Assembly (NCBI GenBank): GCA_965644265.1
Contig: OZ286472.1
Span: forward strand, 9,610,001 to 9,674,000
Length of the DNA: 64,000 bases
Reading direction: 5' to 3'
From: Glycera tridactyla
Lineage: Eukaryota
This document shows, one piece after another, positions 63,656 through 64,000 of the stretch. Within the stretch, counting starts at the first letter, position 1, and each line of letters begins with the position of its first letter. The translations under genes were made by a program, and so were the position numbers. The notes below the pieces were generated by a model. The model was not told the origin of the DNA, made no database searches, and saw nothing but the letters and a program-made list of their open reading frames with translations.

Positions 63656-64000
63656 TGTATATGTGAGCGAGTGTGTGTAGGCGCGTGTGAGTGAGTGAGA
63701 GAGTCAAAGAGTAAGTGTGTGTGAGTGTGTGTGCATGCATGTCTAAGAAGATTAACTGGTTCAGTTTTGTTATATAATAGGACACCCATTAAAATGGCAT
63801 GGGATGGACCATTCTGAAATCTCTCTGTCTGGGTCTGCAAGAACATTATATCCCCAGTATATCCCTGCCCACCAAACCAGGCCAATGACTATGCAAGACA
63901 ACTGCTAGGATATTGATGAAGCCATCCTGAATGTTTACATGGGGGCCGAATCATAAATACACCTGCCGCAGTACATCTCTGATGGGGTCCTAGGTCCATC

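Overview
This is eukaryotic (animal, most likely marine invertebrate) genomic DNA. It is mostly CpG-poor and intron-like, with five assembly gaps, dense small transposon remnants and microsatellites. I found no rRNA, intact tRNA or CRISPR array. The only substantial intact coding sequence is a Crypton-type (DUF3504-like) tyrosine recombinase on the minus strand. It is spliced (exon 1 6060-5982, intron 5981-5738, exon 2 5737-4380; 478 aa) and keeps a full R-K-H-R-H-Y catalytic set. It lies in a ~2.8 kb CpG-rich element (3521-6346) with unusual ends. The left end is a 157-nt near-perfect hairpin (3523-3679). The last bases of the right end (6333-6345) are the reverse complement of the bases just after the hairpin (3681-3693). 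Joining the two ends through a shared AT dinucleotide therefore extends the stem across the circle junction, and the reconstructed empty target is the palindrome CCATATGG. The hairpin's irregularities (two tandem G.A pairs, a C-GGA-G triloop, a 2-nt bulge) favour folding of one strand. I infer a folded single-stranded attachment site, analogous to integron attC or CTXphi attP. The rest of the window holds >20 pogo/Tigger-like MITEs (some nested), CAG/TAG-terminated MITEs, a TIR element in (TA)n, a HINE/pearl-like element, Penelope 3' remnants with hammerhead-like motifs, a LINE RT remnant, SINE-like repeats, minisatellites, and short candidate exons of an unidentified minus-strand host gene.
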